The notes: generated by a model not told the origin, from the letters alone. 64,000 nt of DNA from Clostridia bacterium (GCA_017510825.1 JAFWMA010000012.1:45-64044), one strand, 5' to 3'. Shown: positions 17,833 through 26,420, numbered from the stretch's first letter. Translations and numbers: made by a program.

Positions 17833-18114
17833 TTATTTACCTTCTTTTTCAGCTGATTTAATTACTTTATTAAAATGCATAAATGTTTTTATTGTTCCCC
17901 ATGTTCCCTTTTTAGCAAAGTAGTCTTCAGTTGCTTTTTTAAACTCTTGTTCATCTATATCATATCCCATTTTGTTTGCAGTATTAATCATTGTATCATT
18001 TTTTTCTTTATCACTTCCATCCTTTTTAATCCCTCCATTTTTATAAAACTCTTTGATAAATTCATCATCTCCAAATAACTTTTTTACAAATGTGTTTGCA
18101 TTTTCCATTGACAT
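17833..18114 (-). CDS. Nif11-like domain small protein (possible peptide precursor)
   Basis: 93 aa. MSMENANTFVKKLFGDDEFIKEF...TANKMGYDIDEQEF follows the Nif11 N-terminal pattern, then a cationic amphipathic tail. AAGGAG RBS. Confidence 0.55.
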   Translation of the reverse strand: MSMENANTFVKKLFGDDEFIKEFYKNGGIKKDGSDKEKNDTMINTANKMGYDIDEQEFKKATEDYFAKKGTWGTIKTFMHFNKVIKSAEKEGK

Positions 18115-18175
18115 ATCTAAAATTCTCCTTAATTTTTAATTGTTTAATTGAGTATAAAAACTTTGTAGTATTTTA

Positions 18176-18212
18176 ACAAATGTATTATATCAAATAATAT
18201 TACATTTGTCAT
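18176..18212 (-). promoter_or_regulatory. Promoter of the Nif11-like gene, embedded in a 9-bp inverted repeat
   Basis: Minus strand ATGACA-17-TATAAT. ACAAATGTA (18176-18184) and TACATTTGT (18201-18209) bracket the -10. Confidence 0.4.
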
Positions 18213-18318
18213 TCTTTTTTTTATATATTTTTTATTCTTCTCTATTAAGAAACTTAAGTCACTATTGTTCATAAGATGTTGTCAAATGGAACTGTTACAT
18301 TTGACAACCTTTGACATC

Positions 18319-18918
18319 CTAATTATTTACCGTGTCATTTCCTTTTTCATTCATTATTTCGATATTCAATGCTTTTATATAAAAGTAGTCTTGATAAAAT
18401 GAGGTTTCATCATTTGCTTTTTCAAGAGTTCCAATTATTTTAATCCAATCTTTTTCCGCTTCTAATTCCTTGTCTATTGTACCATCTAGTTGATATTCAA
18501 TAAATGAATAACCAGCTGGGCAGAATGCACAAAGACTTGATGTTGAGTATCTTCCAACTGATGTATATGATCCATCAGTTAAATACATTCCTTCTATTTG
18601 AATTTTGCTCCCATAATAGTCTTCAGGGTTTATGTACATGTCGCTTATTGTTGTATCAAAATAGTTATCTCCTATAACCATATCAGCATTGTACTTTTCT
18701 CCATCTACTGAGTATAAAATCCCATCATCTAATTCAATTTTCTGATATTCTACATTTTTTACTGTATTCTCTGATTTTGTATTATCGTTTGTTTCATTTG
18801 TAGAATTGTTTTCACTTGTCTTATTTTCTTTGTTTTGATTTAAAGCAAAAATTCCTATTCCAATTCCAGCAATAACTATTGTAAGTAAAACAATCCATAA
18901 AATCTTCTTTTTATTCAT
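18319..18918 (-). CDS. Anchored or secreted protein with C-terminal CAFCPAG motif (DUF1980 C-domain-like?), last gene of the zinc operon
   Basis: 199 aa. N-terminal TM helix and Asn/Thr/Glu linker. IQIEGMYL...VGRYSTSSLCAFCPAGYSF...DWIKIIGTL resembles the C-domain of TIGR03943/DUF1980 proteins. Confidence 0.6.
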   Translation of the reverse strand: MNKKKILWIVLLTIVIAGIGIGIFALNQNKENKTSENNSTNETNDNTKSENTVKNVEYQKIELDDGILYSVDGEKYNADMVIGDNYFDTTISDMYINPEDYYGSKIQIEGMYLTDGSYTSVGRYSTSSLCAFCPAGYSFIEYQLDGTIDKELEAEKDWIKIIGTLEKANDETSFYQDYFYIKALNIEIMNEKGNDTVNN

Positions 18919-18932
18919 TTATACTCACTCTC

Positions 18933-19754
18933 CTATTCATGAATAATTTTTTCAATTATTGAAAATATAATAAATAAAACTAAATTAACTATTACTATCA
19001 TTGCACCTGTACTTATGTTGTAAATATATGATAAATAAATTCCTGTTAAAAATGATATTACACTTATAATTGCAGAACTTACTATTACTTTTTTAAAGGA
19101 CTTAAATATTCTCATTGATGTTAGTGCTGGAAAAATTATTATACTGCTTATTAGCATAACTCCCATCATTCTCATTCCTACTACTATTATCAATGCTGTT
19201 AGTACTGCTATAATATTAGTGTATCTTTTTGCTTTTAATCCACTTGCTTTTGCAAATTCTTCGTCAAATGTAATTGCAAATAGCTTTCTGTAGTAGATGA
19301 TAAAAAGAATAGCTACAAACAGACTAACTATTACACTTAAAATTACATCTGATTTGCTCATTGCTAAAATACTTCCAAACATAAAATTACATATGTCTGT
19401 ATTCATTCCAGTTGTTAATGAAGTTACTGCAACTCCTATTGCTAGAGCCGAGCTTGATATTAAAGCTATTGCGCTATCGCTTTTTATTTTACTATTGCTA
19501 CCTATTTTCAATAATATTATTGCTGAAATTGTTACACAAGGTATTGAAATATATAAAGGAGATGTTGCTCCAAAAGCTGTAGCAACTGTTAATACTCCAA
19601 ACCCTACGTGTGATAGCCCGTCACCAATCATACTGTATCTTTTAAGAACTAAACTAACACCTAAAAGTGAAGCACATAAGCTAATTAAAACTCCAACTAT
19701 TATTGCTCTTTGAATGAAAGTGTGACTCATCATTTCAGTTACTGTTTGAATCAT
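18933..19754 (-). CDS. znuB: Metal (zinc/manganese) ABC transporter permease, ABC-3 family
   Basis: 273 aa, 8-9 TM helices, in an operon with the ATPase and binding protein. Confidence 0.8.
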   Translation of the reverse strand: MIQTVTEMMSHTFIQRAIIVGVLISLCASLLGVSLVLKRYSMIGDGLSHVGFGVLTVATAFGATSPLYISIPCVTISAIILLKIGSNSKIKSDSAIALISSSALAIGVAVTSLTTGMNTDICNFMFGSILAMSKSDVILSVIVSLFVAILFIIYYRKLFAITFDEEFAKASGLKAKRYTNIIAVLTALIIVVGMRMMGVMLISSIIIFPALTSMRIFKSFKKVIVSSAIISVISFLTGIYLSYIYNISTGAMIVIVNLVLFIIFSIIEKIIHE

Positions 19755-20431
19755 TATTTATCACCTCCTAGTTTGAAGTTTTCTGGATTGCCGTCATAAA
19801 CAATTTCTCCATCTATTAGTTCAATAACTTTATCTGCATATTTTAACGCTCTTTCTATATCGTGTGATACCATTAAAATAGTAATATTTTCTTTCTTCTT
19901 TAGCTTGTTTAATAGTTCATAAATTTGATTAGCTATGATTGGGTCTAGACCATTTGTTGGTTCATCAAGAACTATTATCTCTTTTGTTGCACATAATGCT
20001 CTTGCAATTAGCACTCTTTGCTGTTGTCCTCCCGAAAGATCTGCAAAGCATTTATTTTTTATATCAGCTATTCCCATTTTGTTCATAATATGCATTGCAT
20101 TTTCTTTATCCTCTTTTTTATAAAAAATACTTTTTATATTATTAGATATTGTGCCTGAAAGCACAACTTCTTCTATTGTTGCAGGAAAGTTTGTTTGTAT
20201 TTTACTTTTTTGTGGTAAATATCCTATTTTAGTTGGTTTAATTATTTCTCCTGAATATCCATTGTTTAATCCTAAAATACATTTTAATAGTGTACTTTTT
20301 CCGGAACCATTTTCACCAACTATACAAGTAAAACTGGATTTTTTTACTTTTAAGTTTATATGTTTTAAAGTGTTCTTTTTAGTTGGATAACTATAGTTTA
20401 AATCCTTAATCTGAATTAAATCCATTTTCAT
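19754..20431 (-). CDS. znuC: Metal ABC transporter ATP-binding protein
   Basis: Walker A GENGSGKST, signature LSGGQQQR, Walker B VLDEPTNGLD. TAATG coupling to the permease gene. Confidence 0.85.
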   Translation of the reverse strand: MKMDLIQIKDLNYSYPTKKNTLKHINLKVKKSSFTCIVGENGSGKSTLLKCILGLNNGYSGEIIKPTKIGYLPQKSKIQTNFPATIEEVVLSGTISNNIKSIFYKKEDKENAMHIMNKMGIADIKNKCFADLSGGQQQRVLIARALCATKEIIVLDEPTNGLDPIIANQIYELLNKLKKKENITILMVSHDIERALKYADKVIELIDGEIVYDGNPENFKLGGDK

Positions 20432-20482
20432 TTTTCTCCTTAATTATTTAGTTTTAATAGTAAAAGGGATTGTAATTTTATT

Positions 20483-21496
20483 CTATTGAAGAGCTTCCTT
20501 CAAAATATCAATATTCCTCGTCATTAAGCTTACCCATGTTTCACCATTATTAAAGTCATCTAAGCTAATATTGTGTAATGATTGTATTTGCATTGCTTTT
20601 GTTCCTGTTTCATTTGCTATTGTTTGAGCAACTCTGCCAGGATTTAATTCAATATATAAAACTACTGGTATTTTATCTTCTTTTATTTTGTTTTGTAAGT
20701 ATGTAATTGTTTTAGCAGATGGCTCTGTTTCTGTACTACATCCATTAAACGCAGCACTCACTTTCAGCTTATAGTAACTGATAAAGTATTGCATGGGCAT
20801 TTTATCTGCAAATACTAATCTATCTCTTACTTTGTTATCCACAATTTCTTGAATTCTTTTATCTACCTCATTTATTTGCTCTATATATTTATTTGCATTA
20901 TCTTTATAAATGTTTGCATTTTGGCTATCCACTTTTTCCATCTCTTGTTCTAATGCATTTACCATTTTTATTGCATTTTCTGGGGATGTCCAAATATGTT
21001 CATCAAAAGCTCCCTCTCCATGTTCTTCATTATGATCATCTGCTTCTTCGTGATGTTCTTCATTATTGTTATGGTCGTGTTCATGTTCTTCTTCAGCTCC
21101 ATCAATTTCTTGTTCTTCCATTGTATTTACAAAATCTGCAATACACATTTTTTTTGTTTTATTTGTTTCTAATGAATTTAAGACTTTATCAGACCATTTT
21201 TCCATTTCTCCACCAATGTACACAAACAAATCTGATTCTTGTATTTTTATTAAATCTTGTGCTGTTGGTTCATAACTATGTGCATCTTTACCTGGTCCTA
21301 GCAAAAATGTAAGTTCAACCTCTTTGTTGTCTCCTATAATTGCTCTTAAAAAATCGTAACTTGCAAAATTACTTGCTATTAGCTTATATTTTGAATCACT
21401 GTTGTTTTTTTTGTTTCCTGCAAAAGCAAAAGCTAAAACTATGCCAACTAATATTACTATAAGTAGTATTATTAAAATTATTTTTTTCGTTTTCAC
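20483..21496 (-). CDS. znuA: Zinc ABC transporter substrate-binding protein with His/Asp/Glu-rich loop
   Basis: 337 aa. Cluster-9 SBP pattern (DAHSYEPT, DEHIWTSP) and loop EEEHEHDHNNNEEHHEEADDHNEEHGEG, typical of Zn-specific ZnuA/AdcA. GTG start behind AGGAGG. Confidence 0.85.
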   Translation of the reverse strand: MKTKKIILIILLIVILVGIVLAFAFAGNKKNNSDSKYKLIASNFASYDFLRAIIGDNKEVELTFLLGPGKDAHSYEPTAQDLIKIQESDLFVYIGGEMEKWSDKVLNSLETNKTKKMCIADFVNTMEEQEIDGAEEEHEHDHNNNEEHHEEADDHNEEHGEGAFDEHIWTSPENAIKMVNALEQEMEKVDSQNANIYKDNANKYIEQINEVDKRIQEIVDNKVRDRLVFADKMPMQYFISYYKLKVSAAFNGCSTETEPSAKTITYLQNKIKEDKIPVVLYIELNPGRVAQTIANETGTKAMQIQSLHNISLDDFNNGETWVSLMTRNIDILKEALQ

Positions 21497-21542
21497 TTAA
21501 TGTTCCTCCTTATTTATATATATTGCTATTCAAAATAAGGGT

Positions 21543-21842
21543 TTATTCATTAAATTGTACCTTTTGAAATACTAAAGATAAATGGACAAAAGCCACTATC
21601 TCCTTTTCTATTCTTGACAAAAAGAAATAGATTAAGAATCCTAATTTTAATATAACAACTAGTGCAAAAACTATGTTAATAATATTTTGGGCAATATGTA
21701 TAAGTCGACAATAAATACAATGTTGTTCATAACATGTTTCTAAATGATGTGTATCTTGTAACACTATAAGAGAACCTATAAGTGTAACAATTACAAAAAT
21801 AACTATTGCTATTTTTATAATCTTTAATGTCCTTTTGCTCAT
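21543..21842 (-). CDS. Small membrane protein with Cys/His motif, first gene of the zinc operon
   Basis: Start at the ATG (21840-21842), 8 nt after AGGAGG. Two TM helices flank DTHHLETCYEQHCIYCRLIH. Confidence 0.6.
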   Translation of the reverse strand: MSKRTLKIIKIAIVIFVIVTLIGSLIVLQDTHHLETCYEQHCIYCRLIHIAQNIINIVFALVVILKLGFLIYFFLSRIEKEIVAFVHLSLVFQKVQFNE

Positions 21843-21846
21843 ACAA

Positions 21847-21944
21847 ATCACCTCCTTTTTTATCTTTCAAAACTTCCTCTCGTAATAGGTGATATTCTCA
21901 TCATAGCACCATTTCCTATGCTGTTTCCGTCTTAATCACCTATT
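21847..21944 (-). promoter_or_regulatory. Structured 5' leader with SD / anti-SD / anti-anti-SD arrangement
   Basis: Minus strand AATAGGTGAT (21944-21935) pairs perfectly with ATCACCTATT (21893-21884). The same ATCACCT can pair with the SD GGAGGTGAT (21855-21847). Confidence 0.3.
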
Positions 21945-21996
21945 TCTTATCTTTTAATTTATTAGCTGTTTCTTTACTAGTTACAATATTTCACTT

Positions 21997-22025
21997 ATTA
22001 TACAATAAAGAGCCTATTATTTCAA
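21997..22025 (-). promoter_or_regulatory. Putative sigma-A promoter of the zinc operon
   Basis: Minus strand TTGAAA (22025-22020), 17 nt spacer, TATAAT (22002-21997). Confidence 0.45.
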
Positions 22026-22066
22026 CTAAAAATAGACTCTTCCTGCTTTTTTATTAGTTAATCATG

Positions 22067-22096
22067 TAGGTCAATTGCTCCGTCTCCGGTGACCCA
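22067..22096 (-). repeat. GC-rich 30-nt dispersed motif, copy b
   Basis: Minus strand ATGGGTCACCGGAGACGGAGCAATTGACCT. Confidence 0.85.
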
Positions 22097-22158
22097 TCTG
22101 CTTGATTTTTTCCTTCACTATCAAATGAGAAAAATAGACAAAACTACTATTAGACAAT

Positions 22159-22195
22159 AAAAAAGCTTGAAACCTATTGATTTCAAGCTTTTTTA
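22159..22195. terminator. Terminator after the tRNA operon
   Basis: AAGCTTGAAAcctattgaTTTCAAGCTT, flanked by A-run and T-run. Confidence 0.7.
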
Positions 22196-22196
22196 T

Positions 22197-22272
<76 letters not shown>

Positions 22273-22315
22273 AAATTATTTTGGACGAGCATTGCTCGCC
22301 CCTAATATAAAAAAA

Positions 22316-22393
22316 TGGCGACCCGGAACGGGCTCGAACCGTCGACCTCTAGCGTGACAGGCTAGCATTCTAAACCAACTGAACTACCGGGCC
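22316..22393 (-). tRNA. tRNA-Asp (GTC)
   Basis: Reverse complement GGCCCGGTAGTTCAGTTGGTTTAGAATGCTAGCCTGTCACGCTAGAGGTCGACGGTTCGAGCCCGTTCCGGGTCGCCA. Anticodon loop CTGTCAC. Confidence 0.92.
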
Positions 22394-22402
22394 ATATATA
22401 AA

Positions 22403-22479
22403 TGGTGGTCGCTATAGGGCTCGAACCTATGACCCCCTGCTTGTAAGGCAGGTGCTCTAGCCAACTGAGCTAAGCGACC
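22403..22479 (-). tRNA. tRNA-Val (TAC)
   Basis: Reverse complement GGTCGCTTAGCTCAGTTGGCTAGAGCACCTGCCTTACAAGCAGGGGGTCATAGGTTCGAGCCCTATAGCGACCACCA. Anticodon loop CTTACAA. Confidence 0.95.
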
Positions 22480-22498
22480 ATATTTATTTGACTTTCTT

Positions 22499-22527
22499 AG
22501 TATACTAAAAAAATTCAAAATTGTCAA
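22499..22527 (-). promoter_or_regulatory. Promoter of the tRNA-Val/Asp/Phe operon
   Basis: Minus strand TTGACA (22527-22522), 17 nt spacer, TATACT (22504-22499). Confidence 0.5.
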
Positions 22528-22546
22528 TACAATTTTGAATTTTTTT
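22507..22546. terminator. Terminator after ctp, overlapping the tRNA promoter
   Basis: ATTCAAAATTGTcaatACAATTTTGAAT with flanking A/T runs. Confidence 0.6.
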
Positions 22547-22607
22547 ATTTTTTTCGCTTAAATTCAGTTACAATTCACTGCTAATTTTTTTACTACTATC
22601 TTTTTGC

Positions 22608-23810
22608 TTAATTGTTAAGAGTGTCAATAGCCTTATTCAACTGAATATCTTCATCTTTTTTTAATTCTCCATTAAAATCATATTTTTCAGTTTCAATATC
22701 AGGTATTACTCCTTCTTTGTCTATATTATTATGGTTTGGTGTGTAGTACTTATTTGTTGTTATTTTTAAACCACTTCCATCTGATAGTCTATATAATGTT
22801 TGAATTACACCTTTTCCAAATGTCTTTTTTCCAACTACTGTTGCATTATCTGCATTTTCTTTTAATATTGCTGCCAATATTTCTGATGCACTTGCAGAAT
22901 TCTCATTTACCAGAACTGCTGTTTTCATTGTAATCTCTTTATCTCTATCAGCTTTTGTAATTTCTTCTTTTTTATTTTTATCTTCTTCAATTAATAAATT
23001 CTTTCCTTTTTCAGAGAAATAGTCTCCAATTTCCACAGCTTCTTTTGCAACGCCTCCACCATTATTTCTCATATCAATAACTAATGATTTCATTCCTTCA
23101 TTTAATAACTTATCATAACTTTCTTTGAATTCTTTAGATACATCTCCATCAAAGGTTGATATATATATATATCCAATATTGTTATCTATCATTTTGCTTT
23201 GAACACTTTTAATTACTATCTTCTCTCTAGTAATATCTTTTGTTATTTCTTCACCATCTCTATCAAATACTATTTTAACTTTTGTTCCAGCTTTTCCCTC
23301 AATCATGTTAGCAATATTATCAAAGTCATCTGCTGTTATTTCTTTATCTTCAACTTTTTTTATTACATCATTATCTTTTACACCTGATTTTTGTGCTGGG
23401 GAATCTTCTATTACTCTATGTACTTTTATTGTATTTTTTTCTTTATCTTTTGACATATAAATACCAATTCCAACGTAACTTCCTAGTGTATCTTCTGTGT
23501 ACTTTTTCATTTCTTCTTTGGTAAAATATTGACTGTAGTCATCATCTAGTCCAGCGACAAATCCTTTTACTGCATATTCTTTTAGAGTATCGTCATTTAC
23601 TTCTCCCACAAAGCTATTATCTATCTTCTGTCTTATTTGTTTCAACTTTGATGTTAATGCATCTTCTGACAAAGCTTTTCCAATGACTTCTTCCCCTGAT
23701 GCTTCTTTATTCTCAATTTTTCCATATTGCCATAGAGCTGTAACTGTAAAAGTAACTAAAGCTGTGATTATTATTGTCATTAGTGTAGTTAAAATATTTT
23801 TTCTCTTCAT
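22608..23810 (-). CDS. S41 carboxy-terminal processing protease (CtpA/CtpB type)
   Basis: 400 aa. TM anchor, PDZ segment, DMRNNGGG and ENSASASEI motifs, TFGKG. Confidence 0.9.
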   Translation of the reverse strand: MKRKNILTTLMTIIITALVTFTVTALWQYGKIENKEASGEEVIGKALSEDALTSKLKQIRQKIDNSFVGEVNDDTLKEYAVKGFVAGLDDDYSQYFTKEEMKKYTEDTLGSYVGIGIYMSKDKEKNTIKVHRVIEDSPAQKSGVKDNDVIKKVEDKEITADDFDNIANMIEGKAGTKVKIVFDRDGEEITKDITREKIVIKSVQSKMIDNNIGYIYISTFDGDVSKEFKESYDKLLNEGMKSLVIDMRNNGGGVAKEAVEIGDYFSEKGKNLLIEEDKNKKEEITKADRDKEITMKTAVLVNENSASASEILAAILKENADNATVVGKKTFGKGVIQTLYRLSDGSGLKITTNKYYTPNHNNIDKEGVIPDIETEKYDFNGELKKDEDIQLNKAIDTLNN

Positions 23811-23857
23811 TGAAACTATTCCTTTCTGAAAAAGATTAACTTATTTAATTATTATTC

Positions 23858-25150
23858 TTAATTTTCATTTTCTGTTGTTTGTGTTTCAGGTGCTCCTGTA
23901 TTTGCTGATAGATATTTTTTAGGATCAGTTGGAATCCCATTTTCTCTCACTTCAAAGTGCACATGTGGTCCTGTTGAATTTCCTGTTGATCCCATTTTCA
24001 TTATTTCTTGTCCTTGCGTTACTTGACTACCAACTGATAGCTCTGGAATAAATGCACTTCCATGTCCATATAAGGTTACGACTTTCTTTCCATCTGCAGT
24101 TGTTCCATGGTCTACCATAACAGCATTTCCATATCCACCCATCCATGCATAGTAAATAATAACTCCGTTTGCAGCTGCATAAATTGGATCCCCTGTTCTT
24201 CCACCTATGTCAATTCCATCGTGACTTTTAACAATTCCTTGGATTGGATGCAGTCTACTTCCAAATTGTGAAGTAATATATGAACTAGCAAGTGTTGGCC
24301 AAATCATAATTCCACCACTATATTGTAGTTCATATGTAGATGTTGTAATTGATGATTGTATTAAATTATTAATTTCTTCTTGTTGATTTTTGTAATCATC
24401 AATTTTAGCTATAATACTTTTTTCACTGTCATCTAAACTTGCTTTTTCATTTTCTAGTATTGTTTTTGTATTTGCTAAAATAACGGATTGTTTTTCTGCG
24501 TTATTCTTAGTAATTTTCATGTTTACCTTTTTTTCATTTAACTCATTTGAGAGTTTTGTGATTTGCTGTTTTTGTGAATTTAGCTTTTCAAGTGATTTTG
24601 TATCATATGAGGTAACGGTTTCTATCATAAAATAGTTTGAAATAAACTCTATTACATCCTTTGAGCCTAATAATACATCTAAATAATTTGAAGACCCTTT
24701 TTTATACATTTCAACAAGTCTTTTTCTTAGTAGTTTGTCTTTTCTATTATATTGACTTTCAACAATAGATAATTGCTTTTCTATTTCATTTACTTGTTCT
24801 TGTAGTTGCTGATATTGCCCTTTTACTTCATCAACTTGCTTTTGATATTGAGAAATTTTATCTTGTAAATTTTGTATATTTACTACTTTATTTGATAATT
24901 CACCTTGTACATATGTTAATTGGTTGTTAGCTGTTGCAAGCTGTTCTTGCACTTGATTCTTTTGTTCTTGAAGTGTTAATGTTTTTATGCTATTGTTACT
25001 TGCCTCATTCGTCGTTTCATTCGTCGTTTCATTTGTTGTTTCATTTGTCATTTCATCTGCTGTTTCATTTTCCTCTGCAAAAATAACATTAGAAAAAGAG
25101 AGGATTATTAATATAATCATTGTCGCATAAAATATCTTTTGTTTATTCAT
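23858..25150 (-). CDS. M23 (LytM) peptidase with N-terminal coiled coil, EnvC-like
   Basis: 430 aa. Signal peptide, long Q/E/K coiled coil, C-terminal HDGIDI...GSTGNSTGPHVHFEV. Confidence 0.88.
   Translation of the reverse strand: MNKQKIFYATMIILIILSFSNVIFAEENETADEMTNETTNETTNETTNEASNNSIKTLTLQEQKNQVQEQLATANNQLTYVQGELSNKVVNIQNLQDKISQYQKQVDEVKGQYQQLQEQVNEIEKQLSIVESQYNRKDKLLRKRLVEMYKKGSSNYLDVLLGSKDVIEFISNYFMIETVTSYDTKSLEKLNSQKQQITKLSNELNEKKVNMKITKNNAEKQSVILANTKTILENEKASLDDSEKSIIAKIDDYKNQQEEINNLIQSSITTSTYELQYSGGIMIWPTLASSYITSQFGSRLHPIQGIVKSHDGIDIGGRTGDPIYAAANGVIIYYAWMGGYGNAVMVDHGTTADGKKVVTLYGHGSAFIPELSVGSQVTQGQEIMKMGSTGNSTGPHVHFEVRENGIPTDPKKYLSANTGAPETQTTENEN
25006..25065 (-). repeat. In-frame 12-nt tandem repeat (about 5 units) encoding (T/M)NET repeats
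   Basis: cattcgtcgttt x2, catttgttgttt, catttgtcattt, catctgctgttt. Protein reads MTNETTNETTNETTNEASN. Confidence 0.85.
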
Positions 25151-25184
25151 GATTTATTATTTTCCTCCCTTTCCGTATAATAAA

Positions 25185-26420
25185 CTATAATGGTAAGTAT
25201 CCTAGTGGATCCACTCTATTTCCTGAACCATTTCCTCCACTTCTTACTTCAAAGTGTAGGTGTGGTCCTGTTGAAACTCCAGTGTTACCTGATACTGCAA
25301 TTTGCTGTCCTCTTGAAACAGTTGAACCAGAACTTACATTAAATGATGATAAATGTCCATAACAAGTGTATAATTCACCTTTAGCTTTATGCCAAATCAT
25401 TATGAAATTTCCATATCCTGACCAGTATGATGCAACAAGTACAACTCCTGCTTCTGCTGCGTAAACTGGTTGATAGCTTGCTCCAATGTCAATGGCTCCA
25501 TGATTTGTTGAAGCCCCTGCTGTTGGAGCAGATCTTCTTCCAAAATAAGATGTTATGTATGAATATGAACAATATCTTGAAGGTAGTGGCCATCCTAATG
25601 CTCCTGATGAATTGTTGGAATATCCACCTCCTCCTGAAGAACTTGATCCCCCTGAAGAACTTGAGTTTGAACTTGAACTTGCCGCTGCTGCGGCTTTTGC
25701 TGCTGCCGCTTGCCTTTTGATTTCTGCATCTGCACTTGCTATTGCATTATTAAATTTTTCTATTTCACTTTGTTTTTCTTTTTCATCAGCACTTAATTGA
25801 CTAACTTTTGCATCTTTCTCTGATTTTTTTTCAGCTAAGACTATATTTTTTGCTTCTTTTTCAGTTTTGACAGTATCTACTTCTGTTTTCTTTTCTTCTA
25901 GTTCTTTTTTATCATTTTCAATAACTGTTTTTTGTTCTGTTATTTCATTTATTAAGTTTGTATCTGCATCGGTTATCTCTTTCACTGCATCATAGCTAGC
26001 AATCATATCTATGTAGTTTGTTGAACCTAGTAATACATCTAAATATTTAATACTTCCGTTTTTGTACATTGCAACAAGCCTTGTTTTTAATAGTTCTTTT
26101 TTTTGTTTTATGTTTTCCTCTTTTTCTTTTATTTCATTTTCTTTGCCTGAAATTGATTCATTAAGCTCATTTAATTGAGCTTCTAATTCACTAACTTCAG
26201 CCTGTATTGCACTTAATTGACTTGTTAATTCTTCGACCTCGTCCATTGTTGATTTTTTTTCACTCTGAATGTTATTTAGCTCAGTCTCAGCTTTGTTTTT
26301 ACCTTGTTGAGCATCACTTTTTTTACTATTCAAAGAGTCGACGCTTTCCGCTAGTACTTTAATATTATATGTACTTATTAATAAAACTATTAGTAAGACA
26401 CACAGTATTTTTTTCCTCAT
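25185..26420 (-). CDS. Second M23 peptidase with coiled coil, EnvC-like paralogue
   Basis: Start at the second ATG (GAAAGGA RBS). Coiled coil, Ala/Ser/Gly linker, HGAIDI...GNTGVSTGPHLHFEV. Confidence 0.88.
   Translation of the reverse strand: MRKKILCVLLIVLLISTYNIKVLAESVDSLNSKKSDAQQGKNKAETELNNIQSEKKSTMDEVEELTSQLSAIQAEVSELEAQLNELNESISGKENEIKEKEENIKQKKELLKTRLVAMYKNGSIKYLDVLLGSTNYIDMIASYDAVKEITDADTNLINEITEQKTVIENDKKELEEKKTEVDTVKTEKEAKNIVLAEKKSEKDAKVSQLSADEKEKQSEIEKFNNAIASADAEIKRQAAAAKAAAAASSSSNSSSSGGSSSSGGGGYSNNSSGALGWPLPSRYCSYSYITSYFGRRSAPTAGASTNHGAIDIGASYQPVYAAEAGVVLVASYWSGYGNFIMIWHKAKGELYTCYGHLSSFNVSSGSTVSRGQQIAVSGNTGVSTGPHLHFEVRSGGNGSGNRVDPLGYLPL

Noticed and set aside
25006-25065. CRISPR-like or other short repeat array
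   Set aside because: The 12-nt units are in frame inside the M23 peptidase gene and encode (T/M)NET repeats. There are no spacers. No CRISPR array was seen anywhere in the window.
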